DNA of 64,000 bases from Chthonomonadales bacterium. GTDB lineage: Bacteria; Armatimonadota; Chthonomonadetes; Chthonomonadales; CAJBBX01. The DNA lies in contig JBBIPC010000004.1 of assembly GCA_037443035.1 (NCBI GenBank), positions 121,602 through 185,601 on the forward strand. Reading direction: 5' to 3'. The notes under the pieces are model-generated. The model made no database searches. It was given only the letters and a program-made list of their open reading frames with translations, and had not been told where the DNA came from. Each line of letters starts with the position of its first letter. Positions within the stretch are counted from its first letter, which is position 1. The position numbers were made by a program, and so were the translations under genes. Positions 9,507 through 18,983 of the stretch are shown here, piece after piece.

Positions 9507-10801
9507 TTGCCCGGGGGTTCGTCTCCAACATTGTTGGATACGGCTGCCTGTCCCTTCGATCGGTTGTCGATTCTAATCGGTCCGCGCATCACGTTGTCCG
9601 CAATGACCGCGCGAGTAACACCTTCCTCCAGGAGGATCTGGGGCTTGTTCTCGCGGAACTCGCAACCGCGCACGATGAGAGCTCCGCCTGTGGCGTGCAC
9701 TGCCGATCGCCCCTCGCGAGCCTTGTCCCACTGGACGAAAGTGCAGTCGCTGAAACCGACGGTTCCTCGTCCGCCGACTTCGGCTATCTGGTTGCAGGGT
9801 CCCCAGAAGGCGCAGTTAACGAAGCGCACGCTACCCGAATGGGTATCGGTAACGCGGACCATGGTGGGGTTCGGCCCCTTGAATGAAACGAACTCCCCAT
9901 TAGTGATCAGGATGCCGAACGGCGCCGATTGCTCGATGTGCACGGCGGTGTAGCAGTCGTCAGCGCCAATCCCGAGGAAGTTCCCGTTCGTGACTCCAGC
10001 CTTGCTCTGGACGAACTTGTAGCCGATGCTGTAACCGTAGCAGAATGTGTTGAGCACGTACTGCCAGTCCGTCCGACCGAAAATGAAGGCTTCGCCGTTC
10101 TCCATCTGCCACTGGAAGAGCGCCGGCTTCGTGCTCCACCACGGGTTGAAGTGGACGTTCTCGATCCTGCCGATGTCGTAGATGCTGTCCACCCAGATAC
10201 CACGTCGCAGGGGCTGACCCTGAACGTTCCTAATCAGGTGACGCTCATTCTGGCTGGCGTCAATACCGTTGTATGGATTCAGCATCTCCACGTCCAGCAC
10301 CGCGGGATTCTTGCCACGCATGGCAATCGCCCAGGGATAGGGCGTTGGCACCTTGTCCTGCGCCTGCTCTGGGTAATAGATCACCACCCCCTTGAGCGTG
10401 GAGTTCGTGTTGAGCGTGATGGCAGCCGGAGCATCCTCGGTGCCTTTGTCCGCCGTCAGCAGAAGGGTCGTTCCGTCATCCGTCGGTTTCGGCAGACCAG
10501 CGTCGCGGAGCCCATTGTGGGCCGGCACCGACTCCCAGACCCCCTTTAGGGTCACGGCCTGGGGAATGCTCAGACGCCCTTTGAGCAGGTACTTGCCCCT
10601 AGGCAGATAGACGACACCGCCCGTCGGTCCTAGTGAATTCAGAGCGCTCTGAATGGCAGCGGTGTCATCGGTCTGTCCATCTCCACGCGCCAAGAATGGC
10701 GCAGCCGTCGCGTTCACTACATCCGCCGGCGCGGCTACGCACCCAAGCGCCAGCACAGCCATTGCACCGACCAACAACCAGTTCATCATCCCTCTCCTCA
10801 T
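9503..10801 (-). CDS. Secreted pectate-lyase-superfamily (Pectate_lyase_3-like) beta-helix protein
   Basis: Signal peptide, then ARGDGQTDDTAAIQSAL...GGVVYLPRGKY, followed by beta-helix-like repeats. Confidence 0.75.
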   Translation of the reverse strand: MRRGMMNWLLVGAMAVLALGCVAAPADVVNATAAPFLARGDGQTDDTAAIQSALNSLGPTGGVVYLPRGKYLLKGRLSIPQAVTLKGVWESVPAHNGLRDAGLPKPTDDGTTLLLTADKGTEDAPAAITLNTNSTLKGVVIYYPEQAQDKVPTPYPWAIAMRGKNPAVLDVEMLNPYNGIDASQNERHLIRNVQGQPLRRGIWVDSIYDIGRIENVHFNPWWSTKPALFQWQMENGEAFIFGRTDWQYVLNTFCYGYSIGYKFVQSKAGVTNGNFLGIGADDCYTAVHIEQSAPFGILITNGEFVSFKGPNPTMVRVTDTHSGSVRFVNCAFWGPCNQIAEVGGRGTVGFSDCTFVQWDKAREGRSAVHATGGALIVRGCEFRENKPQILLEEGVTRAVIADNVMRGPIRIDNRSKGQAAVSNNVGDEPPGK

Positions 10802-10830
10802 GAGCCTGGCCCGCAGCGGATTCCCAGGTT

Positions 10831-11472
10831 CTAGAACAAGGTCAGCCTAGGAGCATTGCGCAGCTCCACAACCCGTACTCGGGCAGTCTCGATGTCGCGG
10901 ACAAGCGAGCGCCGCGCTTCCTCGTACGCTGCTCCCTGCTGCCGAAGTATGTACGCCGGATGGAGTGCCGCCATCATGTAGGGTGCGTAACGACCATCGG
11001 TGAACCACTGCCCCCTCTCCGCGAGCATCCGGAAACCGCTGTGTATCAGCGTGTTCGCGCTCGGTGCACCTAGGCACACGATGACAAGGGGTGCGATGAT
11101 GCTCAATTGCGCATCCAGCCACTTGGCGCAAGCCGCGATCTCTGCAGGTCTCGGGGCACGATTCTGAACACTTCGTCCCTCGATGATACACGCTCGGCAC
11201 TTCACAACGTTGCATATATAAACGTGTTTGCGAGACAGCCGGCATTCCGCCAAGCATTCATCGAGGAGCTTGCCCGCGCGACCCACGAATGGCCGCCCAG
11301 TAGCATCTTCCTGCGCGCCTGGGCCCTCTCCCACGAACACAAGGGGGGCTTCAGGGTTTCCCTCGCCGAACACAACGTTCGTCCGCGTCTCCGCTAGCGG
11401 ACAGGCAGTACAAGTGCGAGCCTCGTTCGCCACCGCTGCGAGCTGCTCGGTCTTGGTCTGCTCAGAGTCCAT
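10831..11472 (-). CDS. Uracil-DNA glycosylase, family 4 (Fe-S)
   Basis: CTACPL, FGEGN, GEGPG..ED..GRPFVG, NVVKCR, LHPAY. Confidence 0.92.
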   Translation of the reverse strand: MDSEQTKTEQLAAVANEARTCTACPLAETRTNVVFGEGNPEAPLVFVGEGPGAQEDATGRPFVGRAGKLLDECLAECRLSRKHVYICNVVKCRACIIEGRSVQNRAPRPAEIAACAKWLDAQLSIIAPLVIVCLGAPSANTLIHSGFRMLAERGQWFTDGRYAPYMMAALHPAYILRQQGAAYEEARRSLVRDIETARVRVVELRNAPRLTLF

Positions 11473-11947
11473 CCATACATCCTTTCAGGCGACGGTACGT
11501 AGCCTGCAGGGACGCCGGCATGATGCGCACATCGGCCAAGACCGGCATGAAGTTCGTATCCCCGTTCCACCGCGGCACGACGTGCACATGCACATGGTCC
11601 TCGAGACCGGCTCCTGCAACACGGCCAAGATTCACTCCGATATTGAACCCATGGGGATTGTACGCTTTCCGAAGAGCCTCGATGCCCTTGGTGACCAGGG
11701 TCCACAGATCGAGCACCTCGTCTGTGGCTAGCGAGCCCAGATCTCCCGTGTGTCGAAACGGCGCGACCATAAGATGGCCATTAGCGTAAGGGTAAGCATT
11801 GAGAATGATGAAAGCGCCTTGGGAGCGCGCAAGGATCAGCCGCTCTTCATCGCGTTGCTCGGCCGGGAATGCACAGAGGAAGCACCCGTCGAGACGATCC
11901 GCATTCTCGATGTACTCCAGGCGCCATGGCGCCCACAACCTCTCCAT
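11462..11947 (-). CDS. HIT family hydrolase (Ap4A phosphorylase-like)
   Basis: LWAPWR, CFLC, LNAYPY..GHLMV, histidine triad [14 protein letters not shown]. Confidence 0.9.
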   Translation of the reverse strand: MERLWAPWRLEYIENADRLDGCFLCAFPAEQRDEERLILARSQGAFIILNAYPYANGHLMVAPFRHTGDLGSLATDEVLDLWTLVTKGIEALRKAYNPHGFNIGVNLGRVAGAGLEDHVHVHVVPRWNGDTNFMPVLADVRIMPASLQATYRRLKGCMDGL

Positions 11948-11962
11948 ACGCGCTCTCCATCG

Positions 11963-13276
11963 CTATTTGGTGGCACGCCATCCAGCGTCTACCTGGTCGA
12001 CAAGCCCGGCAAGATGGTACCTGGACAGAAGCTCCACCACGGCACCACGCTGGGAAACACGTTTCACCATGCCGACACCGGCTGCAAACCAGACGTCCAC
12101 GGGACCATCTGCAACGACCGCGCGCAGGTGGAGGGACTCTGGGAACGTACCACAAGGCGTTGTCACTGTCTCCGAGCCGATAACCGCCCAGACGCTTCCC
12201 TGCGGCCGTCCGTCTTCTCGGGCTGCGTACTCTTCGTGCCACGGGCTACGTACATCTCTCGGTCGGTTTCGACGCCAGACCCCTGTAGCAGTAGTGAACG
12301 CTTGATACACGACGCTGTTACCGCCAGGAAGGAGACACTCCACACGCCACACGTCGCTGCGAGAGGTCGGTACTCTCGCGCGCACTGCTACGGTATACCG
12401 TGCGGCTCGCGCATCGGCGTCAGAGCGCCGCACGGAGTACTCCCACCAATTCCCTGCACGGAGTGGAAGCCACTTCCAGCCTGCTATCGTGACCGCAGGC
12501 AGTTCTCCGACGAGTGCCCTCTCGTCGAGTGGCTGACGACGAGTCTCTGCGGACTCCGGTCTGGGCCGTGACGCCAGGGAAACTGCCAGCGCCTCCATGG
12601 CCTTCACACGATCCTTGGCAGGGGGATGGTCCCGCAGGTAGGTTGGCACTTGCACGTCCTTCTCGAGCTTCTCCATTTCCTTGGAGGCTCGCACCGCACC
12701 CTGAGGATCGTAACCCGCAGCCCACATGAGTTCTGCACCACCCTCGTCGGCGTCTTGCTCTTGCTCTCTGGAGTATTGCGCACTGATGAGCGTCGTAGCC
12801 AGTTCCGCGACATCAGCCGAACCCAGGAGCGTCCCCGCGAGTATGGAGACGATGAGCGGCCCCCGCATCTTCTCGACCATCCGTCGCCAGTGACGATGAG
12901 CCGCATGGGTTATCTCGTGCGCCATGACGAAGGCAACAGCATCATCGTCCGGCAGACGCGTTAGCAGCCCCTCGTACACGTACATGAAGCCACCAGGAAG
13001 GCAGAAGGCGTTGAAGTCTCGAACCTCGAGCACCTTGAACTCGTACGGGTAAGCCTTCTCGGGCATGGCGCGGACCAGCGCGCTCCCGATGCGGCGAACT
13101 CGTTCCTGCATGGCAGGATCGCGAGAGACGTGCATCCGCGCCTCCACTTCCGCCGCGACCTGCCGGCCCAGTTCGATTTCCCGCTGCGGGTCGGTCCGCT
13201 CGAAGAGCTGGCCCTGCGCCCGAATGCCTACGACAACGGACAGCAGGATCGCGATGCCGACAAGACGCCTGTTCAT
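11963..13276 (-). CDS. Secreted M48 metalloprotease (BepA/YfgC-like) with a C-terminal beta domain
   Basis: Signal peptide, FNAFCLPGG, HEITH, YSR.QE..AD, DHP; C-terminal ETVTTPCGTF...WFAAGVGMVK. Confidence 0.85.
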   Translation of the reverse strand: MNRRLVGIAILLSVVVGIRAQGQLFERTDPQREIELGRQVAAEVEARMHVSRDPAMQERVRRIGSALVRAMPEKAYPYEFKVLEVRDFNAFCLPGGFMYVYEGLLTRLPDDDAVAFVMAHEITHAAHRHWRRMVEKMRGPLIVSILAGTLLGSADVAELATTLISAQYSREQEQDADEGGAELMWAAGYDPQGAVRASKEMEKLEKDVQVPTYLRDHPPAKDRVKAMEALAVSLASRPRPESAETRRQPLDERALVGELPAVTIAGWKWLPLRAGNWWEYSVRRSDADARAARYTVAVRARVPTSRSDVWRVECLLPGGNSVVYQAFTTATGVWRRNRPRDVRSPWHEEYAAREDGRPQGSVWAVIGSETVTTPCGTFPESLHLRAVVADGPVDVWFAAGVGMVKRVSQRGAVVELLSRYHLAGLVDQVDAGWRATK

Positions 13277-15516
13277 CGAGCTTCTCCCTCACCAACCGTG
13301 GTCCCCATCCGAGTTCCGAAGTACTCAGCATAGGCGGCAAGTGCTGCTGCCGCTCCCACGGCGTCACCACCATCTGTCAGGAGCGCCGCCAGCCGCAGGT
13401 GCGCCTCGGCATGGCGCGGATTGAGTTTCGTTACCTCCCGGAGCAGGCGAATAGCTTTGTCCGTCTCGCCCTCTTGCTCCGCCACAACCGCTTCGACGTA
13501 TCCAAACTGCGGGCTCCCTCCCCAGGTTCGCCTGGCTCGTTCCAGAGCACGACCGGCGTACTCCGCCTCTCCTAGTTCGGCAAGTGCGGATCCGAGGCCG
13601 AACCATCCGAACGTGTCGTCTGGCCGTGCCGACAGCGCGAGTAGGCCCTGGAAGAGCGCGAAGTCACTAGCCGCACGGTCGTAGGCATAGCCCGCGATGG
13701 CTACAGTGCGTGAGGTTACGAACCCAGCGTAGGGTGCATAGAGCCCCTCATCTACCCTTGCACCAGATCGGGCGCATTTCAAAGCATCGGTCAGCGCGTC
13801 CAGACACTCCCGCAGCGCCTGCTGAGCACCCGCGTCACCGCGTTCTTGCAGGCGATCCCACCTCTTGTATAGCAGTATGGCCAGCGCATGCCACGCCTCA
13901 AAATCGCGGCTCTTGCGCCGATCCTTGCCTTCACCAACCATGACTCGCTGTCGAGCAGCCTCGAGATCGGCATCGCCGTCCGAGCTGTTCGCCTCTTCCC
14001 GACCGAGAAGCTGTTGGGCCGCGTAATCCAGATCCGAGCGAACGGACGTCAGGTCGGGGTCTCGTTCCAGGGCGTGCCGCAGTACCGCCACCGCCTCCTC
14101 GTACCTGCCGACGTCCAGCAAGGCCCTTCCGTAGTCAACCTCACGCACGGGATTGTTCGGTTCAGCCGAGACAGCCGCTGCAGTCTCGGCAACGCGAAGC
14201 GAGGACCTGAAGCGCATGGCTCCCGGCGACGTTGTCGGCAGGCTGTCGAGAGCTTCGCGTACTCGTGCCGCACCCGCAAGGTCACCCAGCGATAGATAGG
14301 ACTCTCCGATAGCAACCAGAAGCGACGGAGACGGTCGTTTCCGGGGATCACGCGACTTCGCTTCAGCAACCATGGAACCATACGACGCCACGACTTGCGG
14401 TGCTTCCCCAGATCGAACCAGCGCCTCAGCATGGCGTGCGACGAGTTCGGTAGGCTGCCGATCGCCCGCCAGAGCAAGGGCCCGCTGGAGCGCGGCTGCC
14501 GCTGTGGCGTAGTCCTGCCGAGCTTCCGCGGCATCCGCCAGGTACAGGTAGTCCTGCTCGGTTGCCCGTGGATCGGCACAGATCTCGGTCCAAAGACTCA
14601 GCGAGGATGCGCCGTCTCCCGCTTGTCCCACCTCGAAGGCTCTCAACCGCTTCTCTGCAACAGGAAGTTCCTCATCGGAAAGCACGACCTGGACCAGCCG
14701 CTTGATCGGACCCGCATCCAATACGTCCAGGGGAGACTTGCCAAGCACGAACGTCACGGGCACCGCGAGGCTGGACTTCACTTTCGGCGCCGTGACCCTT
14801 GCGGTGAAGACGGCAAGCCCGGCATCGTCCTGGGCTGTCATGGCAAGCCGCTTCGATCGCCAAGTCTCCGATACGCATACCACCTCGAGATCTCTTGCCG
14901 CGCCTTGAGGCACACGTACCGATGCTCGTAGGAGAATCTCTTTGCCAGGACGTGCAATGGCGGGCTCGACGGCCGCATCGGCCAACTGCACTACCCCCCA
15001 TCCGCTAGCCGCCGCTGATGCTTCGGTGGCCCCCTCGCGCACGAGAACGATGGGTTCCATGATCACTGCGAATTGCTCGGCGTCGAGACTGCGGCATGGA
15101 CATATGCCCACGAACGGCTTGTACCCGGGAGCGGTTACCATCATCTCGAGGCGATTGACATCGATGCGTTTGGTACGGTTCATCGCACCGCCGGCCAGCA
15201 CACCGATCAACCCCGAGTTCAGGGCACGCCCAAGATCGAAATTCTGGGACATACGGCCGAGCAGCGCTTGTGCCACATAACGGCCCATGGCGTCCGTGAT
15301 TGCCACAGTCTTCCCCGTCTCAGCGAAGGCGCCGTCAGATCGTATCACGACTCGAGCACCAGCGAGAGGCGCGGAATTGGAAGCGTCATAGACCTGACCG
15401 CGGACTCGACCCCACGAAGTCGGCTGTACGGACTTGTCCACTCGCACGCCAGGTTGCGAGAGGGTGGGTACACCGCCAGCAAGATACAAGCTGATCAACA
15501 GGACTCGCAGTGCCAT
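13273..15516 (-). CDS. Secreted protein with a carboxypeptidase-regulatory-like N-terminal domain and TPR repeats
   Basis: ATG 15516 after GAGGAAGGA; signal peptide; VRGQVYDA..APLAGARV...TDAMGRY; many TPR-like helix pairs. Confidence 0.7.
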   Translation of the reverse strand: MALRVLLISLYLAGGVPTLSQPGVRVDKSVQPTSWGRVRGQVYDASNSAPLAGARVVIRSDGAFAETGKTVAITDAMGRYVAQALLGRMSQNFDLGRALNSGLIGVLAGGAMNRTKRIDVNRLEMMVTAPGYKPFVGICPCRSLDAEQFAVIMEPIVLVREGATEASAAASGWGVVQLADAAVEPAIARPGKEILLRASVRVPQGAARDLEVVCVSETWRSKRLAMTAQDDAGLAVFTARVTAPKVKSSLAVPVTFVLGKSPLDVLDAGPIKRLVQVVLSDEELPVAEKRLRAFEVGQAGDGASSLSLWTEICADPRATEQDYLYLADAAEARQDYATAAAALQRALALAGDRQPTELVARHAEALVRSGEAPQVVASYGSMVAEAKSRDPRKRPSPSLLVAIGESYLSLGDLAGAARVREALDSLPTTSPGAMRFRSSLRVAETAAAVSAEPNNPVREVDYGRALLDVGRYEEAVAVLRHALERDPDLTSVRSDLDYAAQQLLGREEANSSDGDADLEAARQRVMVGEGKDRRKSRDFEAWHALAILLYKRWDRLQERGDAGAQQALRECLDALTDALKCARSGARVDEGLYAPYAGFVTSRTVAIAGYAYDRAASDFALFQGLLALSARPDDTFGWFGLGSALAELGEAEYAGRALERARRTWGGSPQFGYVEAVVAEQEGETDKAIRLLREVTKLNPRHAEAHLRLAALLTDGGDAVGAAAALAAYAEYFGTRMGTTVGEGEAR

Positions 15517-15689
15517 CTTCGTGTCCTTCCTCAGTCCGCAGGAGAATCGCCATGCCTGAAGTGCATTTCGAACCGTTTTCTTCCCATACGCCCAATGCTC
15601 CTGCCGCCGTGCCTGGCGCGCCACATCACCGATCCGACGGCATGACGGACCCCATGTTGCCATGCATATCACATCACCCGGCACAATAC

Positions 15690-15718
15690 TTGACAAAGAC
15701 CACAACGGCTGTTATGAT
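15690..15718 (+). promoter_or_regulatory. Near-consensus sigma70 promoter for the pilin-like gene array
   Basis: TTGACA (15690-15695), 17-nt spacer, TATGAT (15713-15718), with extended -10 TG at 15710-15711. Confidence 0.8.
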
Positions 15719-15829
15719 ACTGCTAACGAGCATCCTGCCTGGCAGACCGCGATCCTCCCGTTCTGCAACATCGTGGCTGCTGGTCGGCGGGCATACGCGA
15801 TGCAACGTCCAACAAAGGAGATGCGACGC

Positions 15830-16645
15830 ATGCGTCGGAGAAGTCCAATAGGCTTCACCCTCATCGAGCTGCTCGTGGTGATCGCGATCATCGCGATCCT
15901 GGCAGCCATCCTGTTCCCGGTCTTCGCCAGGGCACGCGAGCAGGCGCGGAAGACTGTCTGTCTATCGAATCTCAAACAGATTGGCCTCGCCGCGCTCATG
16001 TACGTTCAGGACTACGACGAGCAGTTTCCCTGGCTCATGCAAGATGGACGGACCAACAACGAGAGTACCGGCTACAGCACCGGCCTGCCTACCGGACCGC
16101 CGCTGTGGAGCGTGGATCTCAATAACAAGCGCGGACTGTTCATGGAGTACGCTTTCGAGTCGTACGTGAAGAACTTCGGCCTCTTCGGCTGTCCCACGTT
16201 GCGTCCCGATCCCGTGGTTATGGCACCGGACGGGCGGGTGGCCAATCAGTTCGGATCCTACGGCTATGCATTCGGCGGCGTGGGGCCGGTACCGTCGCCC
16301 CGCTACGACAGAATACCATTGGAGATCTTCGTCCGGTTCGCTGCGTTGAACATGCCGCCCCTGGACGTCCTCGGACCGGAGTACAAGACCAATAACCCCC
16401 AGGATTTCTACATCGCAGGCCAGCCTCAGGCAGTGTGCAACACGCCCGCCCAGTCCGTCATCGCGTTCTGCAACTCCTACGGAGCGCATGCAGGGGTCAC
16501 GGACGACCAGGTGGTACCGCCTCCCTACGGAAGCGGTACCTCGGCAGGTGCGACACTCGCGGTCATGGTAGATGGTCATGCCAAGTACGCAAGCGGGAAT
16601 TTCATTGATCTTGTGAAGATGGTCATGCATCCCATGACCCGGTAG
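15830..16645 (+). CDS. Prepilin-type N-methylation / DUF1559 (H-X9-DG) protein 1
   Basis: [51 protein letters not shown]-terminal VDGHAK. RBS AAAGGAG; start 15830 (or 15821). Confidence 0.9.
   Translation: MRRRSPIGFTLIELLVVIAIIAILAAILFPVFARAREQARKTVCLSNLKQIGLAALMYVQDYDEQFPWLMQDGRTNNESTGYSTGLPTGPPLWSVDLNNKRGLFMEYAFESYVKNFGLFGCPTLRPDPVVMAPDGRVANQFGSYGYAFGGVGPVPSPRYDRIPLEIFVRFAALNMPPLDVLGPEYKTNNPQDFYIAGQPQAVCNTPAQSVIAFCNSYGAHAGVTDDQVVPPPYGSGTSAGATLAVMVDGHAKYASGNFIDLVKMVMHPMTR
15854..15925 (+). repeat. 72-nt constant region of the pilin-like genes (other copies start at 16932, 18080 and 26830)
   Basis: All four copies encode the identical 24 aa [24 protein letters not shown]. Copies 1-3 share the exact 26-mer GCGATCCTGGCAGCCATCCTGTTCCC. 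Confidence 0.85.
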
Positions 16646-16655
16646 GAGGGCTCCG

Positions 16656-16835
16656 GTGCTCAAACAGGAGATCAATCCGGTGGTAGCGATCGTCGTAATC
16701 GTTGTCGTCTTGATCGTTGCCGGCGTCTGGGTTTGGACTCGAGCTGCCGGGCGCACCTTCACCAAAGACTCGGTACGCGGTATACAGTTCGATATCTCCA
16801 AGGGGAAGGGATTGCCTGCCCCAACAGGGAAATGA
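16656..16835 (+). CDS. Small single-TM protein, 59 aa (MLKQEINPVVAIVVIVVVLIVAGVWVWTRAAGRTFTKDSVRGIQFDISKGKGLPAPTGK); not in the ORF track
   Basis: RBS AGGAGG overlaps the stop of gene 1; GTG at 16656; ~19-residue hydrophobic helix; TGA at 16833-16835. Confidence 0.75.
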   Translation: MLKQEINPVVAIVVIVVVLIVAGVWVWTRAAGRTFTKDSVRGIQFDISKGKGLPAPTGK

Positions 16836-16853
16836 CACGTAGGTCGTCATTCC

Positions 16854-16882
16854 GGTGACCATGCGCTATACGCGCGGTCACC
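16854..16882 (+). other. Intergenic stem-loop
   Basis: GGTGACC...GGTCACC arms with inner TGCG/CGCG pairing around a CTATA loop; no U-tract. Confidence 0.4.
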
Positions 16883-16910
16883 AGCTACTCGAAGAGAAGG
16901 GACAAGAGCA

Positions 16911-17720
16911 ATGCGTCACACAAGCCGAGCATTCACGCTCATCGAGCTGCTCGTGGTGATCGCCATCATTGCGATCCTGGCAGCCATCCTGTTCCCCGTT
17001 TTCGCCCAGGCGCGAGAGAAGGCTCGAAGCATCTCGTGTCTGAGCAATCTGAAACAAGCGGCTCTCGCCACGCTCATGTACGTCCAGGACTATGACGAGA
17101 CGTTCCCCATGAGCCTGGCACCATTCCCGGCTGCTACGCCAGAGTATGCTGCTGCCCCGTGTATCACCTCTTTCTACGACAGGGTCAGCCCCTATCAGAA
17201 GAATGCCGATATCATGCGCTGTCCCTCGAAGCCCACGGCGTGTGACCTCCCTGCTGGGTTTCTCCGCCAGGCGGGACTAGGCATCAAGCCTCTCTGCGCG
17301 TCAACGCCGCCGCTCCGGTACATCTCCTACAACTTCAACTACGCGGTGATTGACGACGGGACGCCATCCCGACCGGTCAAGAAGCTCGCCGACATTCCGT
17401 TCCCGGTGATGAACTCCCTCATCTCGGATGGTGTTCCCACGGAGCCCGGCGGGATCTGCGGCTTGTTCAACTCACCGGTTGACGCAAGGCATACTCTCAC
17501 GGTCAACTGCTCGTTCGTGGATGGACATTCGAAGCCAGTCCATGCGAAGATCGCCGTGGACGGGTCGGGCGTCCCGTACACGTGCAGCAGCATTGACGGA
17601 CAGACCCTGCAGATCTTTCTTGTGACGGACGATGGTCCATACGTCAATCGAGCAGAGCTGTGGGGTGTTGCGTGCCAGCGGGCCGATGGGACGTGGTACC
17701 GCGCCCAGCGCTGCAACTAA
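16911..17720 (+). CDS. Prepilin-type N-methylation / DUF1559 (H-X9-DG) protein 2
   Basis: A|FTLIELL..., [20 protein letters not shown], canonical [14 protein letters not shown]. Confidence 0.9.
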   Translation: MRHTSRAFTLIELLVVIAIIAILAAILFPVFAQAREKARSISCLSNLKQAALATLMYVQDYDETFPMSLAPFPAATPEYAAAPCITSFYDRVSPYQKNADIMRCPSKPTACDLPAGFLRQAGLGIKPLCASTPPLRYISYNFNYAVIDDGTPSRPVKKLADIPFPVMNSLISDGVPTEPGGICGLFNSPVDARHTLTVNCSFVDGHSKPVHAKIAVDGSGVPYTCSSIDGQTLQIFLVTDDGPYVNRAELWGVACQRADGTWYRAQRCN

Positions 17721-17748
17721 CGAGTAGCCCCGTGTTCGGAGGAAGGTC

Positions 17749-17916
17749 ATGGCGGACCTAGCGAAGCGCCCAGTCCTCGTGGTCGTGGTGGTCGTTGTCC
17801 TGATTGCGGCGCTTGCGTTCGCCTGGCGACAGTATAGGGCGATGACCGGCGTGACTCAGGAGAACTCCATTCAGCTTACGCCAGATCAGATGAGGGAAGC
17901 GCTCCGCCGGGATTAG
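17749..17916 (+). CDS. Small single-TM protein, 55 aa ([55 protein letters not shown]); not in the ORF track
   Basis: RBS GGAGG at 17738-17742, ATG 17749, Pro followed by a Val-rich TM helix and WR, TAG at 17914-17916. Confidence 0.75.
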   Translation: MADLAKRPVLVVVVVVVLIAALAFAWRQYRAMTGVTQENSIQLTPDQMREALRRD

Positions 17917-17995
17917 CGACAAGTCGGTACCTGGGCACATGCGAGAGACATCCGTGCGTGCCCGGGAAAACAGACTCGTTACACGGACCAGTACG

Positions 17996-18028
17996 CGTGG
18001 CCGCCGGCGAAGGGTGCCGGCGGTGCGC
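17996..18028 (+). other. Intergenic GC-rich stem-loop before pilin-like gene 3
   Basis: GCCGCCGGC-gaagggt-GCCGGCGGT with flanking GCGT/GCGC pairing. Confidence 0.4.
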
Positions 18029-18058
18029 AAGAGGATCGGACAACACAGGAGGTTCGCA

Positions 18059-18760
18059 ATGTTATCACGCAGACACGGGTTCACGCTCATCGAGCTGCTC
18101 GTCGTGATCGCCATCATCGCGATCCTGGCAGCCATCCTGTTCCCCGTCTTCGCTCAGGCACGTGAGAAGGCACGGCAGACTGCGTGCCTCAGCAATGTGA
18201 AACAGCTCGGCACGGCTAGTGCCATGTACGCGCAGGACTATGACGAGAAGTTCCCCTACTTCCAGTGGTCGGCCGACGGCCTCCACCACGGGGAGATGTT
18301 CTGCTACGTGCTGCAGCCGTACATCAAGAACAACGGCATCTTGCGGTGTCCGAGCGACGGCGACATCAACGACATGTGGTGGTGGGACGGCCGGGACAGC
18401 AACCGCCCCAGCGTTCCGCTTCCGCCCGGCGGTCTCTCCTACGGAGCCAGTGAAGTCCTCCACTGGGGAACGAAGCTGGCGCGCATTCCCCAGCCGGCCA
18501 TCACCTTCTGGTTATCCGACGCTCAGGCGGCGTTGGTGCCGGACTGGCACTGGTGGCCCTGCCGTGTCATTGCAGCGCATGACAACCAGTACAACGCTCA
18601 TAACGTGGGAGTCAACGTGACGTTCGCGGACTTCCACTCGAAGTGGTACAGCAACAAGGGCCTCTGGGGCGCTTACCTGCAGGGCACGCTGCTCATCGAG
18701 CCGACGGCAACGGGACCGCGCTACACCGAACCCAACGGCGGCTGCGTAATCCCGAACTAA
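18059..18760 (+). CDS. Prepilin-type N-methylation / DUF1559 protein 3 (H-X9-DF variant)
   Basis: ATG 18059 after [14 protein letters not shown]..., YAQDYDE, LQPYIKN...[18 protein letters not shown]. Confidence 0.9.
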   Translation: MLSRRHGFTLIELLVVIAIIAILAAILFPVFAQAREKARQTACLSNVKQLGTASAMYAQDYDEKFPYFQWSADGLHHGEMFCYVLQPYIKNNGILRCPSDGDINDMWWWDGRDSNRPSVPLPPGGLSYGASEVLHWGTKLARIPQPAITFWLSDAQAALVPDWHWWPCRVIAAHDNQYNAHNVGVNVTFADFHSKWYSNKGLWGAYLQGTLLIEPTATGPRYTEPNGGCVIPN

Positions 18761-18785
18761 GCAGGGACATAGGGACGTACGGAGC

Positions 18786-18819
18786 GAGCGGGGCTCCACG
18801 ATGGGGTGGAGCCCCGCTC
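18786..18819 (+). terminator. Strong hairpin closing the pilin-like array
   Basis: Perfect 14-bp inverted repeat GAGCGGGGCTCCAC / GTGGAGCCCCGCTC with a 6-nt loop; only a weak U-tail. Confidence 0.65.
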
Positions 18820-18983
18820 ATGTCTGTAGCACGGTCGCAGGCAGGTTGAAGGGTATAGTTATTCGGAGCATGATGGAGCCTCGGACGTCCCGCAGGGGGT
18901 TGTTTCTATTGGTTTTGAAGCTCGGCGCAGCGTATGGGAGTTCGCGCCCTCCTTCGTCAATGCCGCCCAGCCAGGCAAACTGA

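Noticed and set aside
15830..18760. Diversity-generating retroelement or shufflon as the source of pilin variation
   Set aside because: No reverse transcriptase, recombinase, template/variable repeat pair or inverted cassette is visible in the window.
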